From positions 8,894-72,893 of IMG/VR virus record IMGVR_UViG_3300021399_000147: a DNA stretch of 64,000 nt, one strand, 5' to 3'. This document shows, in pieces, positions 42,980 to 54,299 of the stretch; position 1 is the stretch's first letter; every line of letters begins with the position of its first letter. The stretch is from a virus (Duplodnaviria > Caudoviricetes). Made by a program: the position numbers and the translations under genes. The notes beneath the pieces are model-generated. The model was not told the DNA's origin and did no database searches. It saw nothing but the letters and a program-made list of their open reading frames with translations.

Positions 42980-45900
42980 ATGGATGATGAAGTAAAAATT
43001 CCGGTGAAATTCCAAGTAGACACCTCAGACTTATCGAAGCTAAAGAGCGAAGTTGATAAGGTTATAGAGTCTGCAAATAGAGCCTCTAAAAGAAGAGGTA
43101 AAAATGCCCTTTCTATCGTAGATAAAGATACAGTCCAAAATAATATAGCTAACTTGACTATATTAGAGGGCGAAATAGCTAAAGTGCAACAGAAAATCTC
43201 GGAATTGTCCAAGACTAGTATAAAAACAGATTTCACTAAAGCTATAAAAGATGTGGAGTACTTCCGAAAGTTAGCAGATAAAGGTATCAAGGACGAAGCT
43301 GATGCTCTTAGGGAACTAAAGAACGCTAGAAAAACAAATTCTAGTGCGAAGAAAAATGAAGAAATAAGAGTTCCTCAAAAAATAGCTGATATACAGGCTA
43401 AAGCTAAGGCGGATAATAGAGAACTTACTGCTCAAGAAAAACAGAAAATAGCTCTTTTAAAAACTGAGGCTACATTACGTTCTAAATTGGCGGCAAATCG
43501 ACTCTCCCAAGCTAAGTCATCCTATGATAGTGCAAAGGAAGCGGTTGAAAGTGACAAAGCGAATTTATCAGCCGCAGAACAGCGAAGGGCAGAGCTTAGT
43601 GACATTCTCCGTAGCGAACAAAAGAGTGAGGAGTACAATGAACGTATAAATCAAAGAGTACAGAAATTAAATGGTACTCTTAAACAAACAGCGGAATTAT
43701 ATAGTAAAATTGCTCAGAATACCGACAAGATAGCTAATGGAACACCTGATGGCACATCTAATTCAAGTAGAGCTAGTTCATCTGCATCTTTAACAAAGCT
43801 CATAACACAAAATTACAATGAACAGATAAAAGCGTTGAATAGAGAGAAGGCAGCTATACAACAGTCTACTGCTAGATTCTATTACAAACTCCGTGCAGTA
43901 AAAATGCTGGGTTATCAGATTAAAGCATTAGACTCCGCATTAAACAAATTCGGTAAAACTGCTTTAAATGCTTCAAAGACAGCATTAAGTGGATTTTTGA
44001 AATTAACTAATCCGGTAGCTCTTATAGCTGGCAACTTGAAGAAAGCTACTTCGGCAATGAAGAAATTCAGTCAGGCTACAAAGAGTGCTAAGAAATCACA
44101 TGATGGATTAGGCACATCATTAAAAGGTGCAGTAATGACTTTGTTGAAATATACATTAGGTATAAGGTCATTATATGTACTGTTTAATAAACTCAGAAAT
44201 GCTATGGTCTCTGGTATGGAGAATTTAGCACAAGCGTTTGACCCTGTAAATCAGAAAATGTCATCTATTGTCACATCTCTTTTACAGATGAAAAATGCGG
44301 TTGCCACTGCAGTGGAGCCTATGCTTAGTGTATTAGCTCCTGCACTTGAAAAGATTGCGGCATTAGTTGCTGATATTGCATACAAAATAGCTTCATTTAT
44401 CGCCGCTCTTACTGGTAGAAGTTTTGTATACAGAGCAACTAGAGCGCAGGTCGACTATGCTAAATCATTAGAATCTACTGCAAGTGCGGCTAAAGACGTT
44501 AACAAGCAATTGATGGCATTTGATGAACTAAATGTCATCAATACGAATAAAGATAGCGGTAATGGAATGCCTGATGTAGGTAGTATGTTTGAAGAAGTAC
44601 CTATTGACGGTATAATGGCTGACTGGGCAAATAAATTCAAAGAGTTTTTAGACAAGCTATTCAGTCCGATTAAAAAAGCATGGGAAAAAATGAAGGACTT
44701 TGTTATAAAGTCTTGGAAGTATGCATTGAATGAAATGAAACTTCTTGCAGATGCAGTAATGGAAGACTTCTGGGCAGTATGGGGAGAATATGCTACACAA
44801 AAAGTCTTTGAGAATATCTTTAAGATAGTTGGCGACATAGGATTGATTGTAGGCAACATAACACACAATCTCAGAATTGCTTGGAAAGAAAACAAGAATG
44901 GTTATAGAATATTAGCATCTATAAGAGATATTATTCTTGTAATAACCAATCATCTTGTAGACCTGTTTGATTATATGACAGATTGGTCAACAGAGCTTTC
45001 CTTTATAGCAGTATTTAATGCTCTTGCAGATGTGTTAGAAAAACAAGTAGTACCTGCAGTAGATAAGCTCATGGATTTGCTTGTGGTACTGTTTGAGGAC
45101 ATTGTTTTAGAGTCATTACGCTATATTATAGAAGACCTAATCCCTAAGCTCCTACGAGCATTTGGCAATATTGTTGAAGCTATTGGAAATCTTGCTGAGA
45201 ACTTTAAATCAGCATGGGAAGAAGCTGGAAAAGGTCAAGCTATTGTAGAAAAACTAGAAGAGATAATTTCCTATATAGCAGATGCCATCTATGATTGTAC
45301 TGAGGCGACAAAAGAATTTGCGGCTGAGTTGAACTTTAACCCTCTATTAGAATCTATCAGAGATAATCTTGATAAACTTGAAAGACCTATTAAAGCTATT
45401 ACAGATGGCTTTAAATACTTCTATGAAAAAGTATTACTACCTTTCTGGAAATATATCGTAGAAGATGGTTTGCCTAAGTTACTAAATAAATTAGGCGAGA
45501 TTTCAAATAAAATTGATTGGGATGCTTTAACAGAGAAGGTAAATAGATTCTTAGATGCATTTGAACCATTCTTAGAGAAAGTATGGGAGACATTAGTAAT
45601 AATACTTGGAGATTTAGGAACTGCTATTGCAAACTTTGTAAACTCTAAAGAATTTGACCATATTGTAGACAAACTCATAGAGTGGATGGACAATGCAGAC
45701 CCTAATGAAATGGCAAAGGGAGTAGAAAGTCTTGTAGAAGCATTTATAGGATTCAAAGCATTTACAGGATTTGCATCAGCGGTAACATCAGTATTAACTG
45801 GAATCATGACATTTGGCAATGTAATTTCTCAAACAGCCATGACTGCTAAATTAAACGAAATCTCCGTTGCGGTAAATAATCTATCAGGTACAACATCTGC

Positions 45901-47545
45901 ATTAGCAAGTGGAGGATTCTTAACAACAGTCGGACAGCACATAAGCAGATTCTATGCATTACTGAGTAACCCTACTGGAGAGACTGCATTAGCTAACTTT
46001 GGAGTTAATATTTCAAACGCAGTATCTAGTATAGAAGGTATAGCTAAACCAATAGCAGGTGTAGTTTCTATCATAGTAGGTTCTATCACAGCAATATCGA
46101 ATTTCGGTAGTATGTTGGCTGATGGATTTAATCTTGGTAAAGAAGCGGCTATGTTACTTGGTGTAGCATTGACAGCACTTGGCGCAATTCTCTTAGGTGC
46201 ACCTGTACTTGTAACTGGAATAGTAGCCGCAATAGTAGCTGCCGTAGCAACACTTGTAACATTCTTAGGTACATATGGAAGTGCAATACAAGAGTGGTGG
46301 GATGGATTAGTTGAAAATGCAGGCGAATGGTTCAATAACTTAGGTGAGAAGTTAGGAGAGTTAGCTGGAGAAGCCATACTCAAAATGATTGATGCCTTTA
46401 AAAACTTCCCGACAGAGTTCAAGGCATGGATTTCAGAAGTAGACTGGTTAGACTTAGGTAAGAATCTTATAGACGGTATATTGTTCATATTTACATTACC
46501 TTATAAGATTGCAGAACTTATATGGTCAGCAATTTCAAATTTCTTCCTAGGGTTTGTAGAAGGATTATGTAAAGCATTCGGAATACACTCACCTGCAGAA
46601 GAGATGAAGCCTTATGGTAAATACATAATTCTCGGTATATTAGAAGGTATATTAGATGTAGTTAAGAACATAGCTGATTGGGTAGATACTAATATATGGC
46701 AGCCTTTTAAATCTGCTATGCTTGCTATACTTAATCCTGAGTCACTTGTCGAAACTGGTAAAAATGTAATGACAGGATTCTGGAATGGTATATCATCTAA
46801 ATGGAGTGAGTTTACAGATTGGTGGCAAAATACTGCTCTTGCAAATTGGTGGAATAATAATATAGCCCCTTGGTTTACATCAGAAAAGTGGCAAGAAGTA
46901 ACTAAGGGTATTAAAGAAGGTATCTCAGCTACTTGGAATAAGACTGTAGGATATTGGGTAGAATCATTAACATCTTGGTGGAATGATAATGTTACCCCTT
47001 GGTTTACTACTGAGAAATGGAAGACTTTGCTTAACAATGTTTCAACCGCATTCACATCTACTTTTGATAGTATTGTAACCTCAGTAACAAGCAAGTTTGA
47101 TAAGATTATTTCATCAGCACAGAATATGGCTAGTAAGATAAGTGGCATAGTTAGTAGCATTAAGAATAAACTAAGTGAGATTGGCAGCACAGTAAGTAGT
47201 GCCGCATCATCTGCTGGTTCATGGATAAGTAGTAAAGTAAGCTCTTTAAATATCAGTATACCTCATTTAGCTCAAGGTGCAGTAATTCCGCCTAACAAAG
47301 AGTTTATGGCAGTACTCGGTGACCAGAAGAGAGGTACTAATATTGAAACTCCACTTGCTACAATGATTGAAGCATTTAATGCCGCAAGAGGTGATGAGGA
47401 AATACTTCTTAGAGAACAGAATGAGATACTTATGGCAATACTTGAAAAAGAATTTAGTATATCTACTAAAGATGTTTTCAAAGCGGTAAAGACTGAAAAT
47501 AATAACTATATCAGACGTACAGGTAAGAGTGCATTTGTATATTAA
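42980..47545 (+). CDS. Tail tape measure protein
   Basis: 1521 aa helical with Trp-periodic repeats; C-terminal IPHLAQGAVIPPNKEF.AVLGDQK.G.NIETPL. Confidence 0.92.
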   Translation: MDDEVKIPVKFQVDTSDLSKLKSEVDKVIESANRASKRRGKNALSIVDKDTVQNNIANLTILEGEIAKVQQKISELSKTSIKTDFTKAIKDVEYFRKLADKGIKDEADALRELKNARKTNSSAKKNEEIRVPQKIADIQAKAKADNRELTAQEKQKIALLKTEATLRSKLAANRLSQAKSSYDSAKEAVESDKANLSAAEQRRAELSDILRSEQKSEEYNERINQRVQKLNGTLKQTAELYSKIAQNTDKIANGTPDGTSNSSRASSSASLTKLITQNYNEQIKALNREKAAIQQSTARFYYKLRAVKMLGYQIKALDSALNKFGKTALNASKTALSGFLKLTNPVALIAGNLKKATSAMKKFSQATKSAKKSHDGLGTSLKGAVMTLLKYTLGIRSLYVLFNKLRNAMVSGMENLAQAFDPVNQKMSSIVTSLLQMKNAVATAVEPMLSVLAPALEKIAALVADIAYKIASFIAALTGRSFVYRATRAQVDYAKSLESTASAAKDVNKQLMAFDELNVINTNKDSGNGMPDVGSMFEEVPIDGIMADWANKFKEFLDKLFSPIKKAWEKMKDFVIKSWKYALNEMKLLADAVMEDFWAVWGEYATQKVFENIFKIVGDIGLIVGNITHNLRIAWKENKNGYRILASIRDIILVITNHLVDLFDYMTDWSTELSFIAVFNALADVLEKQVVPAVDKLMDLLVVLFEDIVLESLRYIIEDLIPKLLRAFGNIVEAIGNLAENFKSAWEEAGKGQAIVEKLEEIISYIADAIYDCTEATKEFAAELNFNPLLESIRDNLDKLERPIKAITDGFKYFYEKVLLPFWKYIVEDGLPKLLNKLGEISNKIDWDALTEKVNRFLDAFEPFLEKVWETLVIILGDLGTAIANFVNSKEFDHIVDKLIEWMDNADPNEMAKGVESLVEAFIGFKAFTGFASAVTSVLTGIMTFGNVISQTAMTAKLNEISVAVNNLSGTTSALASGGFLTTVGQHISRFYALLSNPTGETALANFGVNISNAVSSIEGIAKPIAGVVSIIVGSITAISNFGSMLADGFNLGKEAAMLLGVALTALGAILLGAPVLVTGIVAAIVAAVATLVTFLGTYGSAIQEWWDGLVENAGEWFNNLGEKLGELAGEAILKMIDAFKNFPTEFKAWISEVDWLDLGKNLIDGILFIFTLPYKIAELIWSAISNFFLGFVEGLCKAFGIHSPAEEMKPYGKYIILGILEGILDVVKNIADWVDTNIWQPFKSAMLAILNPESLVETGKNVMTGFWNGISSKWSEFTDWWQNTALANWWNNNIAPWFTSEKWQEVTKGIKEGISATWNKTVGYWVESLTSWWNDNVTPWFTTEKWKTLLNNVSTAFTSTFDSIVTSVTSKFDKIISSAQNMASKISGIVSSIKNKLSEIGSTVSSAASSAGSWISSKVSSLNISIPHLAQGAVIPPNKEFMAVLGDQKRGTNIETPLATMIEAFNAARGDEEILLREQNEILMAILEKEFSISTKDVFKAVKTENNNYIRRTGKSAFVY

Positions 47546-47556
47546 GAGGTGAGACT

Positions 47557-47970
47557 ATGAGTGATTTTCAAGGATATTTAATAAAGATGGGTGGGGAATT
47601 ATTTCCCCACCAGTATATAGCATATGATACATATAAAACATCACCTAACCGCAGACTTGATTTAGATTCTACAAGAACTGCTAATGGCAAACTTAAAAGA
47701 TATGTATTAGAGCATACGGCATCAACATTACAGTTTGAGCTTAGACCTTTAGAAGGATATGACCAAGAGATTGTATGTGACTTCATATTCAACCACTTAT
47801 CTAATGTAACTGAGAAGAAAGCATTAGTTAAATATTGGAGTCCTGATGTGCATACATATAAAGAAGGTGAAATGTATATTCCTGATATTGAATGGTCAGT
47901 ACAAAGAATTGATACAAATTTAAACAAAATTTGGTACAAAGGTGTTACAATTAAATTTATAGAATACTAA
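47557..47970 (+). CDS. Distal tail protein (DUF6711-like)
   Basis: Follows tape measure; LDSTRTANGKL.R..L..YWSP..MY.PD. Confidence 0.65.
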   Translation: MSDFQGYLIKMGGELFPHQYIAYDTYKTSPNRRLDLDSTRTANGKLKRYVLEHTASTLQFELRPLEGYDQEIVCDFIFNHLSNVTEKKALVKYWSPDVHTYKEGEMYIPDIEWSVQRIDTNLNKIWYKGVTIKFIEY

Positions 47971-47988
47971 GAAGAAAGGAGAGTGTAG

Positions 47989-50445
47989 ATGTTACCTTAT
48001 ACACGTGAGGAAATATTGGCGTTCGATAGTAGCACACAAAAGCAATTAGTTCTAACATTCTCCGATGGCACAGTTATTACTAATGAAGATATTGAATCAG
48101 AGAGTATGTCTCTGGAGCAGAGTATTTGTGAAGATGAACAGCTTACATTTGGTCAGGTATCAGCATCTTGTTTTAAGGTGAGACTACTTGGAGTTGCTAA
48201 GAGTTATAAGAATCTCACAGTAATACCTACTATCTCAGCTACTTATTATGATGACGAAACTGGTGAGACCACAACTTTTACAAGACAGTTAGGCAAATAT
48301 AAAGTATACTCAGACACAGCTACATCTAACAGACTGAGTAGAGATTTGGAATGTTATGACCTGTTATATGAAGTATTAGATACCGATTATACTGACTGGC
48401 ATAACTCACAAGACTTTCCAATGACTGTAAAATCATACCGTGATGCGTTTTTTCAGCACGTAGGAATAGAGCAAGCAGATATTACATATCAGAGAAGTGA
48501 TGGTTCTTATAGCTTGCCTAATGACGATATGGTTATAGAGAAGAACTTTATAGCTGATGGTTATAGTGGTTCAGACTTACTAAATAGCTTATGCGAAATA
48601 AATGGTTGTTTCGGTCATATAGACTTTGATGGTAAGTTTAAGTATGTAATAATTCAGCCTGAGTTTAGAGGACTTTATCCTTCAGATGACCTCTTTCCTA
48701 GTGATACAATATATCCTATTGATGCTGACATAAGTATATTGGATGCTAGAGAATATGTTCAAGGCAGTCTAAAATACGAAGAATTTGAAACAAAGAATAT
48801 AACTCAGTTACAGGTAAGAATGACTGAGAATGACATTGGGGCAGTAGTAGGTGGTGAAGGAAATACTTACATAATAGAAAATAATCCTCTATTATATGGA
48901 AAGACTTCTGAACAATTAACTGAAATAGCTAATAATATATTTGCTGTCATAAGACTTCCTCATTACACACCTGCATCAGTTAAACTTCCTTGTGCACCAT
49001 GGTATGAATTAGGTGATTGTTTCAAAATCTTGTCAGAATCGTCCTCAATCATCATATGTGTATTGCATAGAACTATTACAGGAATAACAGCATTATTTGA
49101 CACATTTGAATGTGAGGGCGTTGAATATTATAGCGAAAGAGCTAATGGTGTAAATAGAAATATAGATATTCTAAAACAATACACCAATGAACTATCAAGA
49201 ACAGTAGAGCAGACGCAATCTACTATAACTGAAATGACTGAGGCCATTAATGGTGAATTTTCAAATATTCGGTCTCAAATTACACAGACAGCAGACGCTA
49301 TTACTTCCGAAGTACAGAGAGCTTCAAGTGCGGAAAGTGACCTTAGTACAAAAATCACACAGACTGTTGAAAGTATCAGTTTGGAAGTGCAGGATGATGG
49401 TAGTTCCAGCAGTATTCAGTTAAAACTAGGTGAAACTATATTATCTAGTGGCAAAATTACATTGAGTGGGTATGTAACATTTACAGACTTATCTGACCCT
49501 AACTCAAAAACAACAATAGACGGTAATCTTATCAAAACTGGTACTATTGATGCTAGTAAAGCAACCATTACTAATATCAATGCAGATAATATAACATCTG
49601 GTAGTATTAGTGCAGATAAGATTAAAGGTGGTCAGCTCACTATTGATACTGCAAGTAATACTACTAAAGCAATCGTAATTAACAGGTCTAATACCAATTA
49701 TATGACTATATCACCAGACAAAGGTATAGTTATACACACAAATGTACATAACACAGGAGTGACTGTGGATAATGGTATAAGTGTAGGTGATAAAACTGTA
49801 ATTGATAGTGGGGGTGTTAAAGTAGGAGGCTCATGGGGCACACAGATACAATTAACAAGTAAAGGATTTAAAGTAGGGTATGGCTCAAGCTCGTCAGACA
49901 TAACAAATCCAGCACTAGAAATAACTGCTGAAGCCTCCTCTTCTAAAATTATAGTAGGCAAAAGTTATTTATCACAGGTTATCATAACGAATACAAATAT
50001 TACAATGAATTATGCAAGTACTAATGCTTTAAGTATTGCCTGCTCATCTGCAACTAATACTGCAATAAATGTATCTAGTGGTAAAACTTCATTACAAGAG
50101 TTATCCTGTACAAGTTTGTCATGTAAAAGCGGCGTGACTGTAGATAGTAAAGCATATACACCTAAAACAGTCTATAGCGTGTATTCAGGCTCAGACTATG
50201 GGGATCCTAAATTTAATGAGGTGAAGAAATATTCTCTAAATAATACTAATCTATGGGCAGTTAATGCATACTCAGCACCATCAATGTATAGAGAAAGTAA
50301 TGGAAGATATACTTTTAGTAGTAACCCATCTTGGACTAAAATATCATTATCAGAGAGTAGTTACTCTACAAAAATTTATGGAATATCGGGATATTCTTCA
50401 TCTTACACACCTAGTTTTAAAAAATACCAAGCATTAGCTCAATAG
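47989..50445 (+). CDS. Baseplate hub / tail-associated spike protein
   Basis: 818 aa; coiled-coil SQITQTADAITSEV, IDASKI..beta-helix-like repeats. Confidence 0.75.
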   Translation: MLPYTREEILAFDSSTQKQLVLTFSDGTVITNEDIESESMSLEQSICEDEQLTFGQVSASCFKVRLLGVAKSYKNLTVIPTISATYYDDETGETTTFTRQLGKYKVYSDTATSNRLSRDLECYDLLYEVLDTDYTDWHNSQDFPMTVKSYRDAFFQHVGIEQADITYQRSDGSYSLPNDDMVIEKNFIADGYSGSDLLNSLCEINGCFGHIDFDGKFKYVIIQPEFRGLYPSDDLFPSDTIYPIDADISILDAREYVQGSLKYEEFETKNITQLQVRMTENDIGAVVGGEGNTYIIENNPLLYGKTSEQLTEIANNIFAVIRLPHYTPASVKLPCAPWYELGDCFKILSESSSIIICVLHRTITGITALFDTFECEGVEYYSERANGVNRNIDILKQYTNELSRTVEQTQSTITEMTEAINGEFSNIRSQITQTADAITSEVQRASSAESDLSTKITQTVESISLEVQDDGSSSSIQLKLGETILSSGKITLSGYVTFTDLSDPNSKTTIDGNLIKTGTIDASKATITNINADNITSGSISADKIKGGQLTIDTASNTTKAIVINRSNTNYMTISPDKGIVIHTNVHNTGVTVDNGISVGDKTVIDSGGVKVGGSWGTQIQLTSKGFKVGYGSSSSDITNPALEITAEASSSKIIVGKSYLSQVIITNTNITMNYASTNALSIACSSATNTAINVSSGKTSLQELSCTSLSCKSGVTVDSKAYTPKTVYSVYSGSDYGDPKFNEVKKYSLNNTNLWAVNAYSAPSMYRESNGRYTFSSNPSWTKISLSESSYSTKIYGISGYSSSYTPSFKKYQALAQ

Positions 50446-50456
50446 GAGGGATAAAA

Positions 50457-50681
50457 ATGAAAGATATAGAAATTAGACAATTCAGAGATGATTTATTGGA
50501 GCTTATCAACAACACAATGTTACCATTAGAAGTCAAAAGACTTGTTTTATTTGAGATTTCTAAGGCAGTTTCTGAGGCTAGTGATAATTATATCAATTCT
50601 CAGAAACAGAGTATCATCAAACAGTTAGAGGAAGGAGAACAAAATGCAGAAAGCGTATCAGAGAAGAAATTGGGAGAATGA
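50457..50681 (+). CDS. Hypothetical tail-region protein
   Basis: LINNTMLPLEVKRLVL. Confidence 0.6.
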   Translation: MKDIEIRQFRDDLLELINNTMLPLEVKRLVLFEISKAVSEASDNYINSQKQSIIKQLEEGEQNAESVSEKKLGE

Positions 50682-52671
50682 ACCTTCAACAGCTACACCT
50701 ATAAATGAAGATAATCTCAATGCTATGGACTATGCCCTAGATGTTGTAGATACTAGGGTTGTGGAATTATCTGCATATAAAGAAACTATGGAAGAGAAAG
50801 TTGCTCAGGCATCTGCCTCTGCTTCTTCTGCCGCTACTTCTGAAACTAATGCCGCTACTTCTGAGAGTAATGCGGCAGAGAGTGAAAGTAATGCGGCTAC
50901 TTCCGAAACTAATGCTCAGAACTCAGCTTCTGCCGCCGCTACATCAGCTTCTAATGCCGCTACAAGTGCAAATACTGCCGCTACAAACGCTACCAATGCA
51001 TCTAATAGCGCACGTACTGCTACTGCTAAAGCATCAGAGGCTTCTACAAGTGCTACAAGTGCGGCTACAAGTGCTACTAATGCCGCTAATAGTGCATCTA
51101 GTGCCAGCACAAGTGCTGATAGTGCTGCCAATAGTGCGTCCAATGCTTCTACAAGTGCTAGTAATGCGGCAACAAGTGCTAGTAATGCGTCTACAAGTGA
51201 GAGTAATGCGGCTTCAAGTGCTAATAATGCATCTGGTTCAGCTACAAGTGCTAGTAATGCGGCTACAGATGCGGCGGCATCAAGAGATAGTGCATCAGCT
51301 TCCGCTACAAGTGCGGCACAATCTAGTAGTGATGCTGAGGCATGGGCAATAGGAACAAGAAATGGTGTAGATGTGCCAGCTACTGACCCCACATACAATA
51401 ATAACTCTAAGTATTATGCAGAGAGCATGAGTGATATGTGGAAGATACAAGGCAAATTAGGTGCTAAGAATTTACTTGCATATCCGTATTATCAAACTAC
51501 TACAACTTCAAACGGAGTAACGTTTACTGATAACGAAGATGGTTCTATTACAATTGATGGAACAGCAACCTCAGCCGCATTATTCTATCTTGAAGATGAT
51601 TTTACATTAAAGGCGGGTTCATATATTTTAAGTTCAGCAGAATTGTTCCCGTCAAGTGTATATTCACAAGTATTGAATAAAAGTACAGGTTCATCCATTG
51701 CATCAATCGGAAATAATAACATTCAAGCAACAACATTCACTGTTTCAGAAGATACAGTAGTAAGAGTGAGAATATCTTCATCACGTGGCAATACGGTTAA
51801 CAATCTTACAGTTCATCCAATGTTAAGATATGCCACAGATACAGATGATACATGGCAACCTTATGCACCAACAAACAAGACATTAGATAATAATGTAAAT
51901 GGTATTTGGGCAATTCAAGGTAAGTTTGGTTCAAAAAATCTTTTAAAAAAGCCTTATAACACACCAACGCCTTATGTTACAGGCGGTATTACATTTAGCG
52001 ATAATGAAGATGGTGGAGTTGTAATCAATGGAACATCAACAGGCTATATTATTTTGCAAATGATAAGAGAATTAGAAGTGTTGCCACATGGGAAATATAT
52101 ATTATCGGTGCAAGAAGATTTGCCTAGTGGTGTAGTATTGCAAATGGGATATGTTACAACAGATGAAACTATTGCTTTTATCCAAAAAGGTTATAATGCA
52201 CTCACAACTCATAGTATGGTAGTTACCATAGATGATGAATTTGACGGAAACCTTATTAACATCAGATTGTCAATAAACAGTGGCACAACAGTAGATAATT
52301 TAGTAATTCATCCAATGTTGCGATATGCGGAAGATACAGACAGTACATGGCAACCTTATGCAATGTCGAACAAACAATTGACTGATGCTATAATGAGTAA
52401 TGGGGAAGAAATAGCCAATGAAAGCACAGTATCACAAGAATTAAAGCCTAACTATTTCCATCTGTTCACTAATGCGGTAAAGTCGCTGACAATCACACTT
52501 CCATCTAATCGCCGCCCTTGGAATGAATTTAACTTCGCCTTTACTACTTCATCAAGCGGTTGTAATCTTGCGTTACCTAGTGCAGTCACATGGGTGGGTG
52601 GTACACCTACACTTGATGCAAATACTTATTATGAGGTATCAATAAGAAATAATAGAGCAGTAATAGGATAA
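50644..52671 (+). CDS. Tail fibre / receptor-binding protein with Ser-Ala-rich stalk and two tandem beta modules
   Basis: WENEPSTATPINEDNLN N-terminus; SASAA repeats; two GAKNLL...PMLRYA.DTD.TWQPYA modules. Confidence 0.8.
   Translation: MQKAYQRRNWENEPSTATPINEDNLNAMDYALDVVDTRVVELSAYKETMEEKVAQASASASSAATSETNAATSESNAAESESNAATSETNAQNSASAAATSASNAATSANTAATNATNASNSARTATAKASEASTSATSAATSATNAANSASSASTSADSAANSASNASTSASNAATSASNASTSESNAASSANNASGSATSASNAATDAAASRDSASASATSAAQSSSDAEAWAIGTRNGVDVPATDPTYNNNSKYYAESMSDMWKIQGKLGAKNLLAYPYYQTTTTSNGVTFTDNEDGSITIDGTATSAALFYLEDDFTLKAGSYILSSAELFPSSVYSQVLNKSTGSSIASIGNNNIQATTFTVSEDTVVRVRISSSRGNTVNNLTVHPMLRYATDTDDTWQPYAPTNKTLDNNVNGIWAIQGKFGSKNLLKKPYNTPTPYVTGGITFSDNEDGGVVINGTSTGYIILQMIRELEVLPHGKYILSVQEDLPSGVVLQMGYVTTDETIAFIQKGYNALTTHSMVVTIDDEFDGNLINIRLSINSGTTVDNLVIHPMLRYAEDTDSTWQPYAMSNKQLTDAIMSNGEEIANESTVSQELKPNYFHLFTNAVKSLTITLPSNRRPWNEFNFAFTTSSSGCNLALPSAVTWVGGTPTLDANTYYEVSIRNNRAVIG
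50810..51335 (+). repeat. Low-complexity Ser/Ala/Thr/Asn coding repeats
   Basis: Recurrent GCTACAAGTGCT(AGTAAT) units. Confidence 0.85.
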
Positions 52672-52726
52672 ATGGTAGCAAATTAAATGTTATATAGTAT
52701 AATCAAAATATAAGGAGGTATTTAAA

Positions 52727-52939
52727 ATGGTTAGAGTAACTTCAATGACACTTAATGATTCTGATAAGTCAGCTAAAGTATTCCTTGAAGCCGATACAAA
52801 ATCTGAGATGAGTAGTATTTCTACAGATGATATTGAGGGTTTTCCTTCAGGATATACCATTGATTTTTTCAGTAAGGTTTTGACCTCATCAGGTGAACTT
52901 GGCATAATGAAGTCAGATGGTACATGGAATTGGGGATAA
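52727..52939 (+). CDS. Hypothetical protein
   Basis: ADTKSEM..GS-like tail-accessory motif; AAGGAGG RBS. Confidence 0.65.
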   Translation: MVRVTSMTLNDSDKSAKVFLEADTKSEMSSISTDDIEGFPSGYTIDFFSKVLTSSGELGIMKSDGTWNWG

Positions 52940-52956
52940 ATGAAAGGAGGTAATTC

Positions 52957-53922
52957 ATGGCTATGAAAGTAGAAGATGCCTTTACACAGGCATTAGCGGC
53001 ATCAAGAGCATATACAAAAGAAACTGTATTAGGCGGTGGAGCTATTAAAGGCAAGAACTGTACAATATCCAACAAAGTCGCTATTGAAGGTGGTACAAGA
53101 GTCTATTTTAGCTGGACATTAGATGATGGTACAGAAAAAAGTGATTACATAGATGTGATGAATGGTGATACTTCTTCTATTTGGAAGATACAAGGCAAAT
53201 TTGGTGCTAAGAATTTACTTGTATATCCGTATTATGAAACTTCTAAAACTAAGTATGGCGTAACCTTTACAATCAATGATGATAGCTCAATTACAGTTAA
53301 TGGAACAGCAACGGGTAGTGCGGGGCAATTCTTTTTAGAGGACAACCTTACATTAAAAAAAGGTTCGTACATTCTGAGCACAACAGAATTATTACCGAAA
53401 AGCGTGTATTCACAAGTATTAAATAAAGGTACAGGTGTAGCAATTGCTACTATTGGAAATAATAGCGTTCAGTCGAGTTTATTTACTCTTACCGAAGATA
53501 CTGTGGTAAGAATTAGAATATCTGCATCAGTAGGCTCAACTACTGATAACCTAGTTATATACGAAATGTTAAGATATGCAGAAGATACAGATGATACATG
53601 GCAACCATACGCAATGACAAACAAACAGTTAACAGATGCTTTAGTGAATGATGGTGAGGTTGTAAATAATGAAGCCACAGTATCACAAGAACTGAAATCC
53701 AACTTCACTTATATATTTAGTAATGCAGTAGAGAATCTTACTATTAGTTTGCCTTCTAATCGTAGAGAATGGGAAGAATTTAATTTCATTTTCACCACCT
53801 CTTCTACTGGTTGCAACTTAGCACTACCTAGTGAGGTAACATGGATTGGTGGAACTCCTACACTTGACGCTAACACATATTATGAAGTGTCGATAAAGAA
53901 CAATAAGGCGGTGATAGGATGA
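52957..53922 (+). CDS. Second receptor-binding or tail protein, paralogous to the C-terminal half of 50644..52671
   Basis: One GAKNLL...TWQPYA module plus the same C-terminal TLDANTYYEVSI.NN.AVIG domain. Confidence 0.75.
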   Translation: MAMKVEDAFTQALAASRAYTKETVLGGGAIKGKNCTISNKVAIEGGTRVYFSWTLDDGTEKSDYIDVMNGDTSSIWKIQGKFGAKNLLVYPYYETSKTKYGVTFTINDDSSITVNGTATGSAGQFFLEDNLTLKKGSYILSTTELLPKSVYSQVLNKGTGVAIATIGNNSVQSSLFTLTEDTVVRIRISASVGSTTDNLVIYEMLRYAEDTDDTWQPYAMTNKQLTDALVNDGEVVNNEATVSQELKSNFTYIFSNAVENLTISLPSNRREWEEFNFIFTTSSTGCNLALPSEVTWIGGTPTLDANTYYEVSIKNNKAVIG

Positions 53923-54287
53923 GTGAGTTTAGAAGAAGATTGTTAGTGAAAAACGCCAATAAAGACAGTATAAAGTTACCTACATATGATGAAAGCACTT
54001 ATCCTTATACCGCCTTGCTAAAAGGCACATTTTTAAGTTGGGTAACTGAACAAATAGGAATTTCAAGTGGGTATGCATTTTGTCTTAGCAATAAGCAAAT
54101 TGGAACATTCAAATACAATGCTTCATACGGGTATCTATGGGGTTCAAGCACAGGTGCTCATGGAATTGTATTTGCGTCAGCTGATGGTATTACATGGCAA
54201 AGCATATACGAGGGCGACAGTTATGTAAGAACAGGTTTAAGCACACTTGAGGAAACATTATTTGACAATATCACAAAGACAGCATAA
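53919..54287 (+). CDS. Hypothetical tail-region protein
   Basis: MSEFRRRLL start; ATGA overlap. Confidence 0.6.
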   Translation: MSEFRRRLLVKNANKDSIKLPTYDESTYPYTALLKGTFLSWVTEQIGISSGYAFCLSNKQIGTFKYNASYGYLWGSSTGAHGIVFASADGITWQSIYEGDSYVRTGLSTLEETLFDNITKTA

Positions 54288-54299
54288 GGGAGAAAACAC

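Noticed and set aside
50916-51398. Minus-strand Ala/Leu-rich ORF and alternative-frame ORF 50759..51352
   Set aside because: Shadows of the Ser-Ala repeat region of the tail fibre, where stop codons are absent by composition
52362-52370. Spo0A box TGTCGAA
   Set aside because: Single 7-mer inside a coding region, expected by chance
52420-53922. Diversity-generating retroelement (template/variable repeat pair) in the duplicated tail-protein C-termini
   Set aside because: Differences are spread over all bases and mostly at synonymous positions, not adenine-specific; both copies are coding; no reverse transcriptase in the window
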